From the NCBI GenBank assembly GCA_032718475.1, contig JAUCBJ010001349.1:1-61153 (forward strand): 61,153 nt of DNA, given 5' to 3'. The translations under genes were made by a program, and so were the position numbers. Every line of letters begins with the position of its first letter. Within the stretch, counting starts at the first letter, position 1. The notes beneath the pieces are model-generated. The model made no database searches. It worked only from the letters and a program-made list of their open reading frames with translations, and was not told the DNA's origin. Shown in pieces: positions 31,457-44,662 of this stretch. The stretch comes from Nemertoderma westbladi (taxonomy: Eukaryota > Animalia > Xenacoelomorpha).

Positions 31457-32816
31457 CCGTATCAGTCCCGGGGGGGGGGGGGGGGGGGGTTCATATGAAC
31501 CCCCCCCCTATCAAAATTCGATTACAAACATAAAAGCACTAAAAATGAGATACGCAAATTTCTTACTTTTCCTAACTTTTATCGGCGCAACTTTTGGCAC
31601 TATTTTTATTTTCAACGGATTGCTACTTTTCGGTGGGTGCCCCCCTATTTTTCATAGTGTCTGAAAAAAAATCGAAATTTTTTTAGACTTAAGATATCTA
31701 TAACTATTGACTGCCTAATAAGGTTTTTTGGGGTGCTGATTACAATTAATTATGTTTTGGACTTACTCGGATGTGTGAAATTGTTATTTTTTGCACCCTG
31801 CATGTTGCACGAAAAGTGCTGGTAATGAAAAAGTTTCATTTTGTAACAACATCAAATAGACATAAATTTTATGTAAGAAGGGGTATTTTCGGGTGCTGAT
31901 TACAATGAAACATGTTTTGGACTTACTCGGATGTGTGAAATTGTACTTTTTTGCACCCTGCATGTTGCACGAAAAGTGCTGGTAATGAAAAAATTTAATT
32001 TTGTAACAACATAAAATCAACATAAACTTTATGTAATATGGGGTATTTTTGGGTGCTGATTACAATGAATTATGTTTTGGACTTACTCGGATGTGTGAAA
32101 TTGTTCTTTTTTGCACCCAGCATGTTGCACGAAAAATGCTGGTAATGAAAAAATTTCATTTTGTAACAACATCAAATCGACATAAATTTTATGTAAGAAG
32201 GGTTATTTTTGGGTTCTGATTACAATGAAACATGTTTTGGACTTACTCGGATGTGTGAAATTGTACTTTTTTGCACCCACCATGTTGCACGAAAAGTGCT
32301 GGTAATGAAAAAATTTAATTTTGTAACAAATTCAAATCGACATAAATTTTATGTAAGAAGGGGTATTTTTGGGTGCTGATTACAATGAAACATGTTTTGG
32401 ACTTACTCGGATGTGTGAAATTGTACTTTTTTGTACCCTGAATTTCTGCTACTTGTAATTTTCATGCCGCACCGCACCAAAAAATAAGGTGCTAGACACA
32501 ATGCAATGTCTTTGTGAATGTCACCATTGAACTCAGCATATGCGAAAACCTAAATAAAGGAAGTTTCTAATCGCAAAACCTGGTATTTAATATTTTCAAA
32601 TAAAAATTTACTAGCACTTTTCGTGCTCCCAAAAATGACACAAGAAATGGTCAAGTGAAATTATTATTTGCACCATTATTCTCAGCATATGCGAAAACGT
32701 CGGGTCTGATGTATTTTATGTAAATTTCATACTGCTTTATGAATTTGGAGGGGGGGGGTTCATATGAACACCCCCCGGGACTAATGGGGTAGGAAAATAT
32801 GCCGGGACTGAAAGGG
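31457..32816. mobile_element. piggyBac-like MITE (TTAA TSD) inserted in the transposase ORF
   Basis: TTAA at 31453-31456 and 32817-32820; TIR ccgtatcagtcccgg / ccctttcagtcccgg(rc); subterminal gttcatatgaac palindromes; removing it restores EPTTL-NIYVNAMG in frame. Confidence 0.88.
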
Positions 32817-35800
32817 TTAATATATATGTCAACGCAATGGGATTGGTTGTAAATGACTTTGTTTGTGTGATTTCGGATGGAAAACATTATCCAGGGCAGA
32901 TAACGGCAACGATGGAAGATGTGCCGATGTACGGCGAATGTCACCCAGCGGGAATGCCTGGAAGTGGCCAGTGCAACCGATTATCGCAAATCATAAATAC
33001 AATGAAATATTGTTCAAAATTGATATTCCGAGCCAAAAAACTTCCCGTGATCGTGGTATTTATATTGTTAAAGAACTGGAAATTGGTCACTTTGACTTCT
33101 TTGCAATATAAATCTATAGGATAGACTATGACAATATACACCAATTTACTCAATTGCATACATACATCAAATACAAAGTATTTTTTTTCGTCAACTATTT
33201 AGAAACATAACTACTGTGAGTGATTTAAAGTACATTTTTAAATGTATATGATTTAAGCCAAACGCTATTAAATCTATGTTATGAATTTAATAAATGAACA
33301 CCACAAACATTCACGATTCGGTGAAATTCGTTTTCTAAAAAATAACAGTCCATAACGATTTCAAGTGTGAGTCCGTAACATTTTTTTCTGTGAGTCCGTA
33401 ACGAAAAATTGACCCTAAAAATGTGGTTTAGCACCACATATTTCTGGTACTAATTAACAAATTTAAAAATGTGATGTATCTACTTTGCATTGTGAAATCT
33501 ATAACGTATGGCGTTAAACATTTCAAGAGAATTTGTCAAAATAAAATTGGGTGATTTTTCTTTGTCCATTTGCATGTGAGCCCGTAACAGGTACTATATT
33601 TACAATATCCTATGAATCTAATGAGATACAACTCTTTTTGATCAAGTCAAAGTAAAGATGTACCATTAATCCATCAGCCACCATAGGTAAATGTTATTTA
33701 CATTGTAAAGTTACTAATTAAATATGCCAATTAATTTGGAAAATTGCGTATGAAAGTGAGTCCGTAACGATGGAATTGCCCAGCTCGGAGTGTAGCGGTG
33801 AGAAAAGTGTAATACCATAGGTACGTCCTAAAGTATTCCGACCCTGTAATGACACGACTGTAAATAAGGTCTGCATTTATGCACAAGATGGAAAGGTCAA
33901 CAGGTTATTAGTTGACCCCAATTATCAGAAGTTAAATGCCACCGCTATTATAGTTTAATATGAAGTATAATTACTGCACAAAATCTATTAGCTCATTGAA
34001 ATCCGGTCTTATATAAATTTTGGCAATGAATGTCAACCCATTTGACAAGCGATACTGTTTCCTGATTGGTTTATATTTTCTGTCATACCTGCAACTGTGA
34101 ATATTGTAATGTGCGCACTCCTATTAACTATTATTGATACAGCAAACATCAGAATTCGTCCCCAATATCTATAACTATTGACTGCCTAATAAGGTTTTTT
34201 GGGGTGCTGATTACAATTAATTATGTTTTGGACTTACTCGGATGTGTGAAATTGTTATTTTTTGCACCCTGCATGTTGCACGAAAAGTGCTGGTAATGAA
34301 AAAGTTTCATTTTGTAACAACATCAAATAGACATAAATTTTATGTAAGAAGGGGTATTTTCGGGTGCTGATTACAATGAAACATGTTTTGGACTTACTCG
34401 GATGTGTGAAATTGTACTTTTTTGCACCCTGCATGTTGCACGAAAAGTGCTGGTAATGAAAAAATTTAATTTTGTAACAACATAAAATCAACATAAACTT
34501 TATGTAATATGGGGTATTTTTGGGTGCTGATTACAATGAATTATGTTTTGGACTTACTCGGATGTGTGAAATTGTTCTTTTTTGCACCCAGCATGTTGCA
34601 CGAAAAATGCTGGTAATGAAAAAATTTCATTTTGTAACAACATCAAATCGACATAAATTTTATGTAAGAAGGGTTATTTTTGGGTTCTGATTACAATGAA
34701 ACATGTTTTGGACTTACTCGGATGTGTGAAATTGTACTTTTTTGCACCCAACATGTTGCACGAAAAGTGCTGGTAATGAAAAAATTTAATTTTGTAACAA
34801 ATTCAAATCGACATAAATTTTATGTAAGAAGGGGTATTTTTGGGTGCTGATTACAATGAAACATGTTTTGGACTTACTCGGATGTGTGAAATTGTACTTT
34901 TTTGTACCCTGAATTTCTGCTACTTGTAATTTTCATGCCGCACCGCACCAAAAAATAAGGTGCTAGACACAATGCAATGTCTTTGTGAATGTCACCATTG
35001 AACTCAGCATATGCGAAAACCTAAATAAAGGAAGTTTCTAATCGCAAAACCTGGTATTTAATATTTTCAAATAAAAATTTACTAGCACTTTTCGTGCTCC
35101 CAAAAATGACACAAGAAATGGTCAAGTGAAATTATTATTTGCACCATTATTCTCAGCATATGCGAAAACGTCGGGTCTGATGTATTTTATGTAAATTTCA
35201 TACTGCTTTATGAATTTGGAGGGGGGGGGTTCATATGAACACCCCCCGGGACTAATGGGGTAGGAAAATATGCCGGGACTGAAAGGGTTAATATATATGT
35301 CAACGCAATGGGATTGGTTGTAAATGACTTTGTTTGTGTGATTTCGGATGGAAAACATTATCCAGGGCAGATAACGGCAACGATGGAAGATGTGCCGATG
35401 TACGGCGAATGTCACCCAGCGGGAATGCCTGGAAGTGGCCAGTGCAACCGATTATCGCAAATCATAAATACAATGAAATATTGTTCAAAATTGATATTCC
35501 GAGCCAAAAAACTTCCCGTGATCGTGGTATTTATATTGTTAAAGAACTGGAAATTGGTCACTTTGACTTCTTTGCAATATAAATCTATAGGATAGACTAT
35601 GACAATATACACCAATTTACTCAATTGCATACATACATCAAATACAAAGTATTTTTTTTCGTCAACTATTTAGAAACATAACTACTGTGAGTGATTTAAA
35701 GTACATTTTTAAATGTATATGATTTAAGCCAAACGCTATTAAATCTATGTTATGAATTTAATAAATGAACACCACAAACATTCACGATTCGGTGAAATTC

Positions 35801-36639
35801 GTTTTCTAAAAAATAACAGTCCATAACGATTTCAAGTGTGAGTCCGTAACATTTTTTTCTGTGAGTCCGTAACGAAAAATTGACCCTAAAAATGTGGTTT
35901 AGCACCACATATTTCTGGTACTAATTAACAAATTTAAAAATGTGATGTATCTACTTTGCATTGTGAAATCTATAACGTATGGCGTTAAACATTTCAAGAG
36001 AATTTGTCAAAATAAAATTGGGTGATTTTTCTTTGTCCATTTGCATGTGAGCCCGTAACAGGTACTATATTTACAATATCCTATGAATCTAATGAGATAC
36101 AACTCTTTTTGATCAAGTCAAAGTAAAGATGTACCATTAATCCATCAGCCACCATAGGTAAATGTTATTTACATTGTAAAGTTACTAATTAAATATGCCA
36201 ATTAATTTGGAAAATTGCGTATGAAAGTGAGTCCGTAACGATGGAATTGCCCAGCTCGGAGTGTAGCGGTGAGAAAAGTGTAATACCATAGGTACGTCCT
36301 AAAGTATTCCGACCCTGTAATGACACGACTGTAAATAAGGTCTGCATTTATGCACAAGATGGAAAGGTCAACAGGTTATTAGTTGACCCCAATTATCAGA
36401 AGTTAAATGCCACCGCTATTATAGTTTAATATGAAGTATAATTACTGCACAAAATCTATTAGCTCATTGAAATCCGGTCTTATATAAATTTTGGCAATGA
36501 ATGTCAACCCATTTGACAAGCGATACTGTTTCCTGATTGGTTTATATTTTCTGTCATACCTGCAACTGTGAATATTGTAATGTGCGCACTCCTATTAACT
36601 ATTATTGATACAGCAAACATCAGAATTCGTCCCCAATAT
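31694..36639. repeat. 2471-bp direct tandem duplication
   Basis: 31694-34164 is repeated at 34165-36635; identical ORFs offset by 2471; ATAT microhomology at the junction. Confidence 0.95.
31725..32440. repeat. 160-bp tandem repeat (~4.5 copies) inside the MITE; duplicated at ~34196-34911
   Basis: gggt(g/t)ctgat recurs at 31731, 31891, 32051, 32211, 32371. Confidence 0.92.
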
Positions 36640-38786
36640 GATTACTAGTTAAAGTCATTGGTCCCGATTTATATTGGCAACCGATTTATGATTAATATGT
36701 CCCTCCGTTATACACTGCAACACCCTAAATTGGTTTCTACAATGTTAATTCCTGGTAGAAATTAAAGACGGCGTCGAGACGCCGTGAAGGAACCGAAGTT
36801 AAACCAAACCGAAACTAATATTTTTACAGGCCATAAGCCGCTAACTATTTTTTTCAGGATATCAACTCTAAACCAGTTTCGAATCTGAGCGCCTGGTTAC
36901 AAATCTGTATTTCCGCATTACGAATCAATGTGTTTGGTTAAAAATATGAGCACCTTGTCACGAATTGATGTCCTTGGTTACAATTTGTTACAAATGGTTG
37001 CAAATATGAGCACCCAGTATCAGCCAGCACTACCTATACTAATACTGTAATTTGCACGTATGTTCAGCATTTATAATAAAAAATTGCACCAAGGTAGTGA
37101 ACAAAGGAGACAGGGTGGGAAGTGGACGCAAAACCCACCTTGGCGAATTAATATCCCGCCTCAATGTTAAATTCTCAATTTAGGGAAAAGAAACTCATAT
37201 ATCTCATAATCTGTTCCTAGTAATTATTAAAGCAGTTAGGGCAACATATATCCTGTCTACATCAAAATTATATATAATACCAAACACCACTCATAGTATT
37301 AATGTTGCCAAAACATAATTAGACCTCCAAACTCTGATTTTAATTGAACATTGCAACTAGTATAGTTATCAATAGTACCCTACAGTTAGGTTCATATATG
37401 GCGAGTCAGAACTGCGAATAACCAGCGAACTTAGGTGTAGGTTTCAGTGTATGTGTGTGTCGGAAGCCAATATCAGAATATATAACTAGCCATAGTATAA
37501 TTATAATTGTTCGCTGAGAGAGTTAGGCCTCACTCATGTACACTACTCTATAACTAAAAAGTCATTCAGGTGGCCAGCTTTTCCCAGGAACCTACTGTAA
37601 TCGACATTCGCATTCATTGAATCCAGGGCAACAGTTTGTGTTGGATTAAAGGAGCTATCAGCTGGGTAAAAAGTTATACAGAGACAGGTACTGTAGATCC
37701 CACTCTGTATTCCCTCTGGTTTGACAGATTAATATAATTAATGTTTGCCAAGCAAGTCATTAACTCACCTCCCTCTCGGATTTTTAAATACATCAATTAT
37801 TATTTTATTATTAACTGAGTATAGTACCATTAACGGTAACCAGCACTATGTGTGTAACTAAAATTCATTCCGCTGACCCACAACCCACCACCACCTTGTA
37901 GATATTCCCTTAGGAAGCACGGGGAAGAGTTATTCAGCTGATGGGATAATAGTAGATTACTAACCAAGTTAATGTTTGCTTATAGTCTGGGTTGAAAGAG
38001 TGAGTGATTAAATAAAAACTTGGCACAGAAAGTACATCCTTGTTAGTTGGCCCTTTCTCTATTGAATAGAATCACTAGGCCCTCTATACATTTTTCATGC
38101 GCTCGCGCTCCAGCTGGTGTTTTATCATTGCGCCTATGGCGTTTTTTCGTTTATGACTATTTTTCGAGCCCACATTCTATGGACAGACATGGGACCAGCG
38201 GGAAACGATAGTGGTCATCAAAACATTGCGTTATGCAAAATTTTAACAAAATCGTTAGAGCCGTTTTTATGTTATTTCGAATATAGCATTGTAATCGGCG
38301 CATTCAGACTCACCCATGTCTAGTTTGAGTAGGTAGACCTAACACTGTGAGACTGTACCAGTAGGCCTATAACTCGATATGGTAGGCTAACTACTGATAG
38401 AGCCTAACAGCCTAACCTCTGAACTATAAACTCCAACTATGAAACTTCATAGTACAGTTACAGTTAGTACTGTAGTAGTACAACAGTACGCAGTAGTATA
38501 GAGAGGACTAGTGAATAACTGACAGTCGCAATTAATATTAAAAAAGCTTGGAGCTGCTCGGCGCCCACACAACACCACACACTCGCACTGCTGTTATACC
38601 AGTACTTACTACAGTAGCCTACTGACTTAGATACTTCAGTATGCTGTTCTACATCCCTTACTGCCTTACCTGCTTACCTACCGGCAGACCGGTACCGTAC
38701 TATTCTAACAACTATTACAAGTTCTGCAGTTGGTAGATTAAAAGTGGCTACCAGCAGACCGGTATCGTACCAGTTTTCAGACTTTT

Positions 38787-38947
38787 GAGGGGGCTAATTT
38801 TCCTGAGGGGAGACATTATTTCCTAAGGAGAAAATGCCCCCCCAGGCTAAATTTCCTAGGAAAAATTGCCCGGGGGGACATAATATCCTAGGAAATAATG
38901 CTCCGGGGGGCATATTCTAGGGGGGGCTGATTTCCTTGTGACACCGG
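38787..38947. mobile_element. One end of a MITE-like element with tttcctagg / poly-G subterminal repeats
   Basis: Repeated (t/a)tcctaggaaa and gggggg motifs ending in tgacaccgg; partner end not found. Confidence 0.4.
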
Positions 38948-39925
38948 TACCACTACAGCACTACCAGCTGACCAGACCACCTACTGACCTATACCAGTGC
39001 AGTACTGCAGTATACTGCTGTACTGTGACTAACAGTTGAATTGAATTTGAGTTTAATGTCAAAGGCTGTGGCCCCCAGCCATATTTGGCTTATTAGACAA
39101 ACAAACTTATTACACGAATGTAATATACAGTACACAGATAATACACAGGTCAGCAGGTATATATTGGTTAGTACACAGATAATATTGTAATACACAGATA
39201 GGATAGGTTACAGGGTTTAGTACACAGATAATAAGCGGGTAAGATATACTGCTGTACTGTAGGTAACAGTATACTGCTGTACTGGTATAGGCCTTCTGGC
39301 TGACTGGTATAATGGTCTACTGCCATGTCAGCATGTACTGTCCAGATCTTGTGATGTAGTACCACCTACCAGTACAGCAGCAGAAGTAGGACCCTACAAT
39401 CCTACATGTACAAAGGGGTTCACCATTCAACTTCAACAGTCCTGCTTTTACATTTACAATAATTTATCTTTATGAATTACCTGTAGTATTTTTCTTTTTT
39501 TTGCATGTAAAAAAACTTAAAATAGTACAGTACAGGCCACCAGAAAAAGCAGATTTCTTCCAATGTGATCACATGTGAAAACATTTGTTCAAAGTCATCT
39601 GATTGGCAGGTTATGGCAAGTTATCTTCTACATCACACAGCAGGAGGCTAACTTGCTGGGACTGACAAAGGCTTTGTGTGCGGTGTGCATGTATGTCTGA
39701 TATCAGGTAGATAAGAGAGCCCCCAGGGCGTAACATTGCGGACATGGGCTGTATTGGTAGAGAGAGAACTACATACAAGACCACATGGAGGTTCATGGAG
39801 TGTATGGGAGTGGATGGGTTGGGTATATGGATGGAGGAGCCTAGACCATTGAATAATTAATTTAGTGCAGGGAGATATCGCGCCTAGTCTGACAAGGAGA
39901 GGGCACTACTACTAGGATCGGCATG

Positions 39926-40131
39926 CTGCATTGCAGCTGCATTTTTAAGAATGCTGTGCCGGCTTGTCAACAAAATTGCACCGCCACAACTCCCTATCAC
40001 CCATGACATTTGCTAGATCATCCGCATCTTTAAGGCCAGTGTCCTTTAAGATGCGTCTCAAGAAAGTCATGGGCTGTCCACCATGCTTATTCACTCCATG
40101 AGGCTGCCAAAGTACAAGATTATGCACTGGA
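39926..40131 (-). mobile_element. RTE-like LINE 3' fragment (second copy)
   Basis: Near-identical to 25590-25795 (HNLVLWQPHGVNKHGGQPMTF..DRELWR); abuts and truncates the hAT transposase. Confidence 0.85.
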
Positions 40132-42055
40132 TTACACCCATAGCATTCCGCACTTCAGGCACTGTACTTGAATGGGTTAAGACAAGGTTGAGGCGATGAT
40201 TGCAGCAGTGGATCGTGTCCGCCAATAATGGATTAGCTTCCTTTATAATCGTTGAACAACCTTTAAAACGTGCCATCATCGCCGATGCGCCATCATAACC
40301 TTGACCTCGACAAAGTTCCATGGACAGTCCAATTGCTTTGACTTTATCCATCAGCAAAGTTGAGAGTCCTTGACCTAATAGAAAATTATCTATTTATTTA
40401 TTTTCATATTATGTAAATTTTATATTAATTATTTATTTTATTTATTATTGAAATTCAATAATAAATAAATGAATAATACAAATTTAAATTTATATAATAA
40501 TATTATTAAGAAAAATAATTATTAAGAATAATAATTATTAAGAATAATAATTATTAAGAATAATAATTATTAAGAATAATAATTATTAAGAATAATAATT
40601 ATTAAGAATAATAATTATTAAGAATAATAATTATTAAGAATAATAATTATTGGATAAATTTAGATTTACTGTCATGGGATTCCATTAATTAATAAAAATA
40701 TCAAAATAACCCCCACCCCTCACCCTCTATCACTATGTCTACTACTAACCTTTAAACAACCACCCCCCCCCCCCCCCCCATTATGTTTACTACTAACCAT
40801 TAAATACCCCCCCCCCATCCTCTATTACTATGTCCAGACATCTACTTCTACTAATAACCATTAAACAACCACCCCCCCCCCCCATACTATTGTGGGATGT
40901 GGTGATTGGCAGGTTGACGCCTGTAGCATTATATAATTAATTAATTAATTGTGAATTATTTCGTGTTTTACAAACCTGATAAATCCAGAGCATGAGCGAA
41001 TCCAATGAATTCCTCATGGATAATCCCTTCATCATCCACATGACGAATGACAATTGTTGCCTGCTCCTTGGTGCTACTATCTGTGGTCTCATCCATACTT
41101 ATCGAGAAGAATTGGTTGCTTCACCATGGCTTTTCACTTGAGCTACATCTTTATCCAATATATCATCAGAAATAACGCTCAGGAGCTCGTTTTGAGTTGT
41201 TTTGCTTATATAGCTGGCATTTCCAGTTGAGCGATTAATCATTATACAGAGGTCCTTATCACCAGCATCCAATCTGAACCGTAGTAAATCCCTAAAAACA
41301 CCCTCACCTGCAACGTGGTTAGTTCCACAATCAACGAGTGGCCCATCATCGAGATGTCCCCTTAGGGGGAGCATGTTTCGGCCACAAAATATTACGGTTT
41401 TGATGATGGGCTCCAGAATTTTGCGGTTCTCTTCCAATTCCTTTCTCCTTTGCTCATCAAGCAAATTTGCAACGCTCTGAGATGGCTGTTCTGCGACTTG
41501 TTGGAACGATTTCATTCGAAGCATTGAATCTAAATGGTAGTTTAGGGTCTGGTGCTCACGAAAGATGTTTATTGCTTTCTTGAACTTACCAAGCGGTTTG
41601 GTGACCAGCGTTCCAAGAGCCTGCTTTCCCCTACCACCTTCCTTCTGACCAAAGAGAACACACGCGATACAAAATGCTCCACCTTTGGCCTCGCTATAAC
41701 GGATCCACGGAAATTGGCCGAACCAGGAGTACTGAAAACTCCGTCGTTGATTTCCTTCAAGGATGGCAGGGTACTTTCTCGTTTTCGGTGGTAACTGCTG
41801 GCGAAGTATGCGGTGACGAATGTTATCTGATATGGGGTGGTCCGTTATGCTGCCGATGTCGTCACAACCTATACATTCTCCGTGGTCCATTATCACGTCC
41901 CCACCTTCAGGGATAATGGATTCCATTGGAGTCTCCATTTCCAAAGCAAATGGTTCAATTGATTGTTCAGGATAGGAAACGGAACCAGAAAAGAAATCAG
42001 TAATTTTAATCTTCTTTACAGTCCGACGCTGATCATACATAATGCAATAAAACAA
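40128..42055 (-). pseudogene. hAT transposase (ZMYM1/THAP12-like; TTF zinc finger + DUF4371-like), truncated and frameshifted
   Basis: RSFQYSWF..FPW.RYS....AFCIAC, LPLRGH, YISKTTQNEL, (frameshift near 41130) MDETTDSSTKEQ.TIVIR, phase-1 intron 40375-40975, then CRGQGYDGASAM and IHCCNHRLNL. C-terminal half missing. Confidence 0.88.
40494..40651. repeat. 16-bp AT-rich tandem repeat (ataataattattaaga, ~10 copies) in the hAT intron
   Basis: Visible directly in the sequence. Confidence 0.9.
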
Positions 42056-42263
42056 AAGGTTAATACAAATAAATATGTGAATGGAAAATATACAATCTGA
42101 AAATGTGCTGGGGTGGCTGAGTGGGTAGAATTAAAGCGCTGCTGTTTGAATAAATGATTTTGAGACTTTTAACATGACATGTAATATTAATATTTTACAA
42201 AGAACGGATAGCCATGACCCAACTACGGTGGCTGAATGCGGCCAATTTTTTCCAGACAAAAAT

Positions 42264-42843
42264 TGTGACGGGATCAGATAGAGGATCCCGGTTTATCCGG
42301 TGGTTAGGTTTATTTACGCGTCCCGCCGTGTGAAAAGAGTTTGTTAGAGTTCCTGTTGTTAATCACTCGGTATGTATATAATATAAAATGGTATAAAGTA
42401 TAAGCACAGTTATAGCGAATGCAGTTAGTAATTGCAGTATACAGACAACATGAATGAATAAACGGCTGAACGGTAATAAAAGTTGCCGTCCTACCCTAAC
42501 TGAACTGGCTAGCTAATGAGTGAATGAATAACACGGTTACTGGTAATATATTGCACCGGTTGGCCGAATTACACTACTCAGCCGATGCCTTCCCCCCATT
42601 GGCTAATAACTCACTTGTCACCCTCATCTCCCTGGGAGTGTTCTCCCCTTGCTGCTGTCACTCTCTCCCTCCCGGAGGTGTAACCTCTGACCCCTGCTGT
42701 GTGTGTTCCCTTGGGGCCAATTGTCCCCGCTTTATTGGGGTGACACGAGGTTGATTGGCAATCAACCTCGTGTTCCCAATATTGCTTAAGGCGCTCTTTC
42801 CCACTTTATGGGGGTTGGTGTGGTGGAATTGAATACGCTCACA
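42264..42843 (-). mobile_element. Solo LTR (580 bp) inserted in the left TIR
   Basis: TGTGA...TCACA termini; 5-bp TSD aaaat at 42259-42263 and 42844-42848; the right TIR shows the empty site gacaaaaataatattt. Strand is inferred from a taaataaa near one end only. Confidence 0.85.
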
Positions 42844-42860
42844 AAAATAATATTTACTTA

Positions 42861-43117
42861 CCGCCGGTCACCCGCGGTCACCGCCGGTCACCCACGGTCA
42901 CCGCCGGTCACCCACGGTCACCGCCGGTCACCCACGGTCACCGCCGGTCACCCGCGGTCACCGCCGGTCACCCGCGGTCACCCCGGTCACCAGCGGTCAC
43001 CCCCAGTCACCCGCGGTCACCCCCGGTCACCCACAGTCACCGCCGGTCACTTGCGGTCACCCCCGGTCACTCGCGGTCACCGCCGGTCACTCGCGGTCAC
43101 CACCGGTCACCCACGGT
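42861..43117 (+). repeat. Left subterminal array of 10-bp units (ccgccggtca / cccgcggtca / cccacggtca), ~26 copies
   Basis: Near-strict 10-bp period; reverse complement of the 48322-48560 array. Confidence 0.95.
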
Positions 43118-43285
43118 GAGCGGTTGTAGGCTATAAAAGTACAGTACACCAGTAAGTTGTTTATAAGATTTTATTATTATTCCACGTGTATGCAAGATAC
43201 TTTCCGTTATATATTAAATTTATTACTTGCTTCTATTGTAATTTATAATTATAATTAATTAGATAACTAATTAAGATGGTGCATT

Positions 43286-44435
43286 ATGGATAATGAACAA
43301 GAACAAATGATTGAACGTTTATTCTGGTTGAATTATAACCATAAAGAAATTGCACAGTTTTTACATGGACAATCATCCAGAACAGTACGGAGAAGATTGC
43401 AAGAAATGGGTCTTTCAAAGGTTTTCGACCCTTTAAATTTCAACCACGTTGTTGATTCTATCGAGAAGGAATTTGCCAACAATGGAACGAATTCTGGATA
43501 TCGACAAATGCAATCTACTTTGATGCTTAAATATAAACTGTTCGCTCTGAGAGCACTTGTTGGTGGTGTAATGAAGGCATTAAATCCAAATGCTGTAGTA
43601 ATGCGCTTACATAACAACGTAGTCCGGAGAACTTATATATCAAAGGGCCCCAACTTTATACATCATATAGATGGGTTTGATAAACTAAAGCCCTTTGGTT
43701 TTGCGATTCACGGGGCAATCGATGGGTTTAGTAGAAAACTGTTATGGCTGCGCTGCGGAAAAAGCAATAATGACCCGTTTGTAGTTGCTCAATACTTCGT
43801 TGATGTTATCCTCGAGCTTGGTGGAGTACCAAAGACCATAAGGTCCGATAGAGGTACAGAAAACGTAAATGTAGAACTCTTAAAGCGTTACTTGAACTCA
43901 ATAAACAATGGGGATACACGATCTTCTTTTCTTTACGGGAAAAGCACTCGCAACCAAAGAATCAAAGCATTCTGGAGCAAAATTCCCATTTTAGGAATAT
44001 CAAGCTGGTTGACACACTTGCGTGAGTTGGAAGGCTCAGGTCTATTGGATACTTCGAACTATTTACAGATGGAGATAGTGCGCTTTACATACATGCCATT
44101 ACTCTCGCAAACCTTGTCCGATATACAGTGCAAATGGAATTCTCATAGATTGAGGAAGTGCAGCATCGTATCCCCAGGTGGCAAGCCAGATATTTTGTTT
44201 ACCTACGAGCCGAACTATCTATCTACAGCCGGTGCGTAACGAAGATTTGGAGTTACTCGAAGTGTTTGCATTTGATGACAAGCCATGCTTAGACAGCGTT
44301 CGAGATGTGTGTGAGGACTACTTGAGAGAAAACAACGTTGTAAAGAAGCCTCGCGATTGTGCTTACCTCACTGAATGCAAAAGCACATTCTTGTACTTAA
44401 AAAATTCAATTGTGCGTGATATTGAATTAGTTTGA
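43286..44435 (+). pseudogene. IS3/integrase-core DDE transposase (~381 aa when repaired)
   Basis: HTH-like N-terminus (SSRTVRRRLQEMGL), GYRQM, RRTYISKGPNFIHHIDGFDKLKPFGFAIHGAIDGFSRK, IRSDRGTEN, STRNQRI(K)AFW, WNSHRLR. The expected catalytic E is AAA (K) at 43964-43966, and a 4-bp CTAT duplication at ~44215-44222 shifts the frame. Confidence 0.9.
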
Positions 44436-44662
44436 TTTGAATTTATAATTGTGTTGAATATAAATCCGGATACAAAAGCAAGTAAATCATATGCATTTAT
44501 ATTCAAAACGTTAGGCCTATCCGTTTTTATAAAACTTTAAATTACGGGGGATATAAAGTCCAGGACAAGCAATGTTAATTGATAAATAATTAATTGATAA
44601 AAGTGATAAAACAATTTAAAAATAGATAATTGAATAAATAATATATAATAATAATTATTATT

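Larger units (their letters stand above)
29078..33111 (+). pseudogene. Sola2-like DDD transposase, intron-containing and disrupted
   Basis: Exon 1 from ATG 29078 (in-frame TAA at 29153; QSLGRAISRVKRVLP.SPKKK). Exon 2 from ~30094 (FYEREDISRQAPGRRD, CLCIYH, MDFAENY, QSAHW, WTDGPSNQFKN, SHGKGAVDGVGG). Interrupted by a TTAA MITE, resumes in frame at 32821, then frameshifts into the WKWP C-terminus. Exact splice phase not resolved. Confidence 0.8.
28326..33781 (+). mobile_element. Sola2-like DNA transposon (provisional superfamily), decayed
   Basis: 11-bp TIR GGGCAATTCCA..TGGAATTGCCC; 4-bp flanks agcg/agct (3 of 4 match); subterminal gtgagtccgtaac motifs near 28690, 28844(rc), 28866(rc), 33367, 33390, 33576, 33756; internal transposase. 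A second right end at 36252 comes from the tandem duplication. Confidence 0.75.

Noticed and set aside
31457-31664. C-terminus of the 491-aa ORF (RISPGGGGGG...)
   Set aside because: Read-through into the TTAA MITE; the real transposase continues at 32821.
42808-43119. RSPAVTAGHP-type ORFs here and at 48155-48609
   Set aside because: Translations of the 10-bp subterminal arrays.
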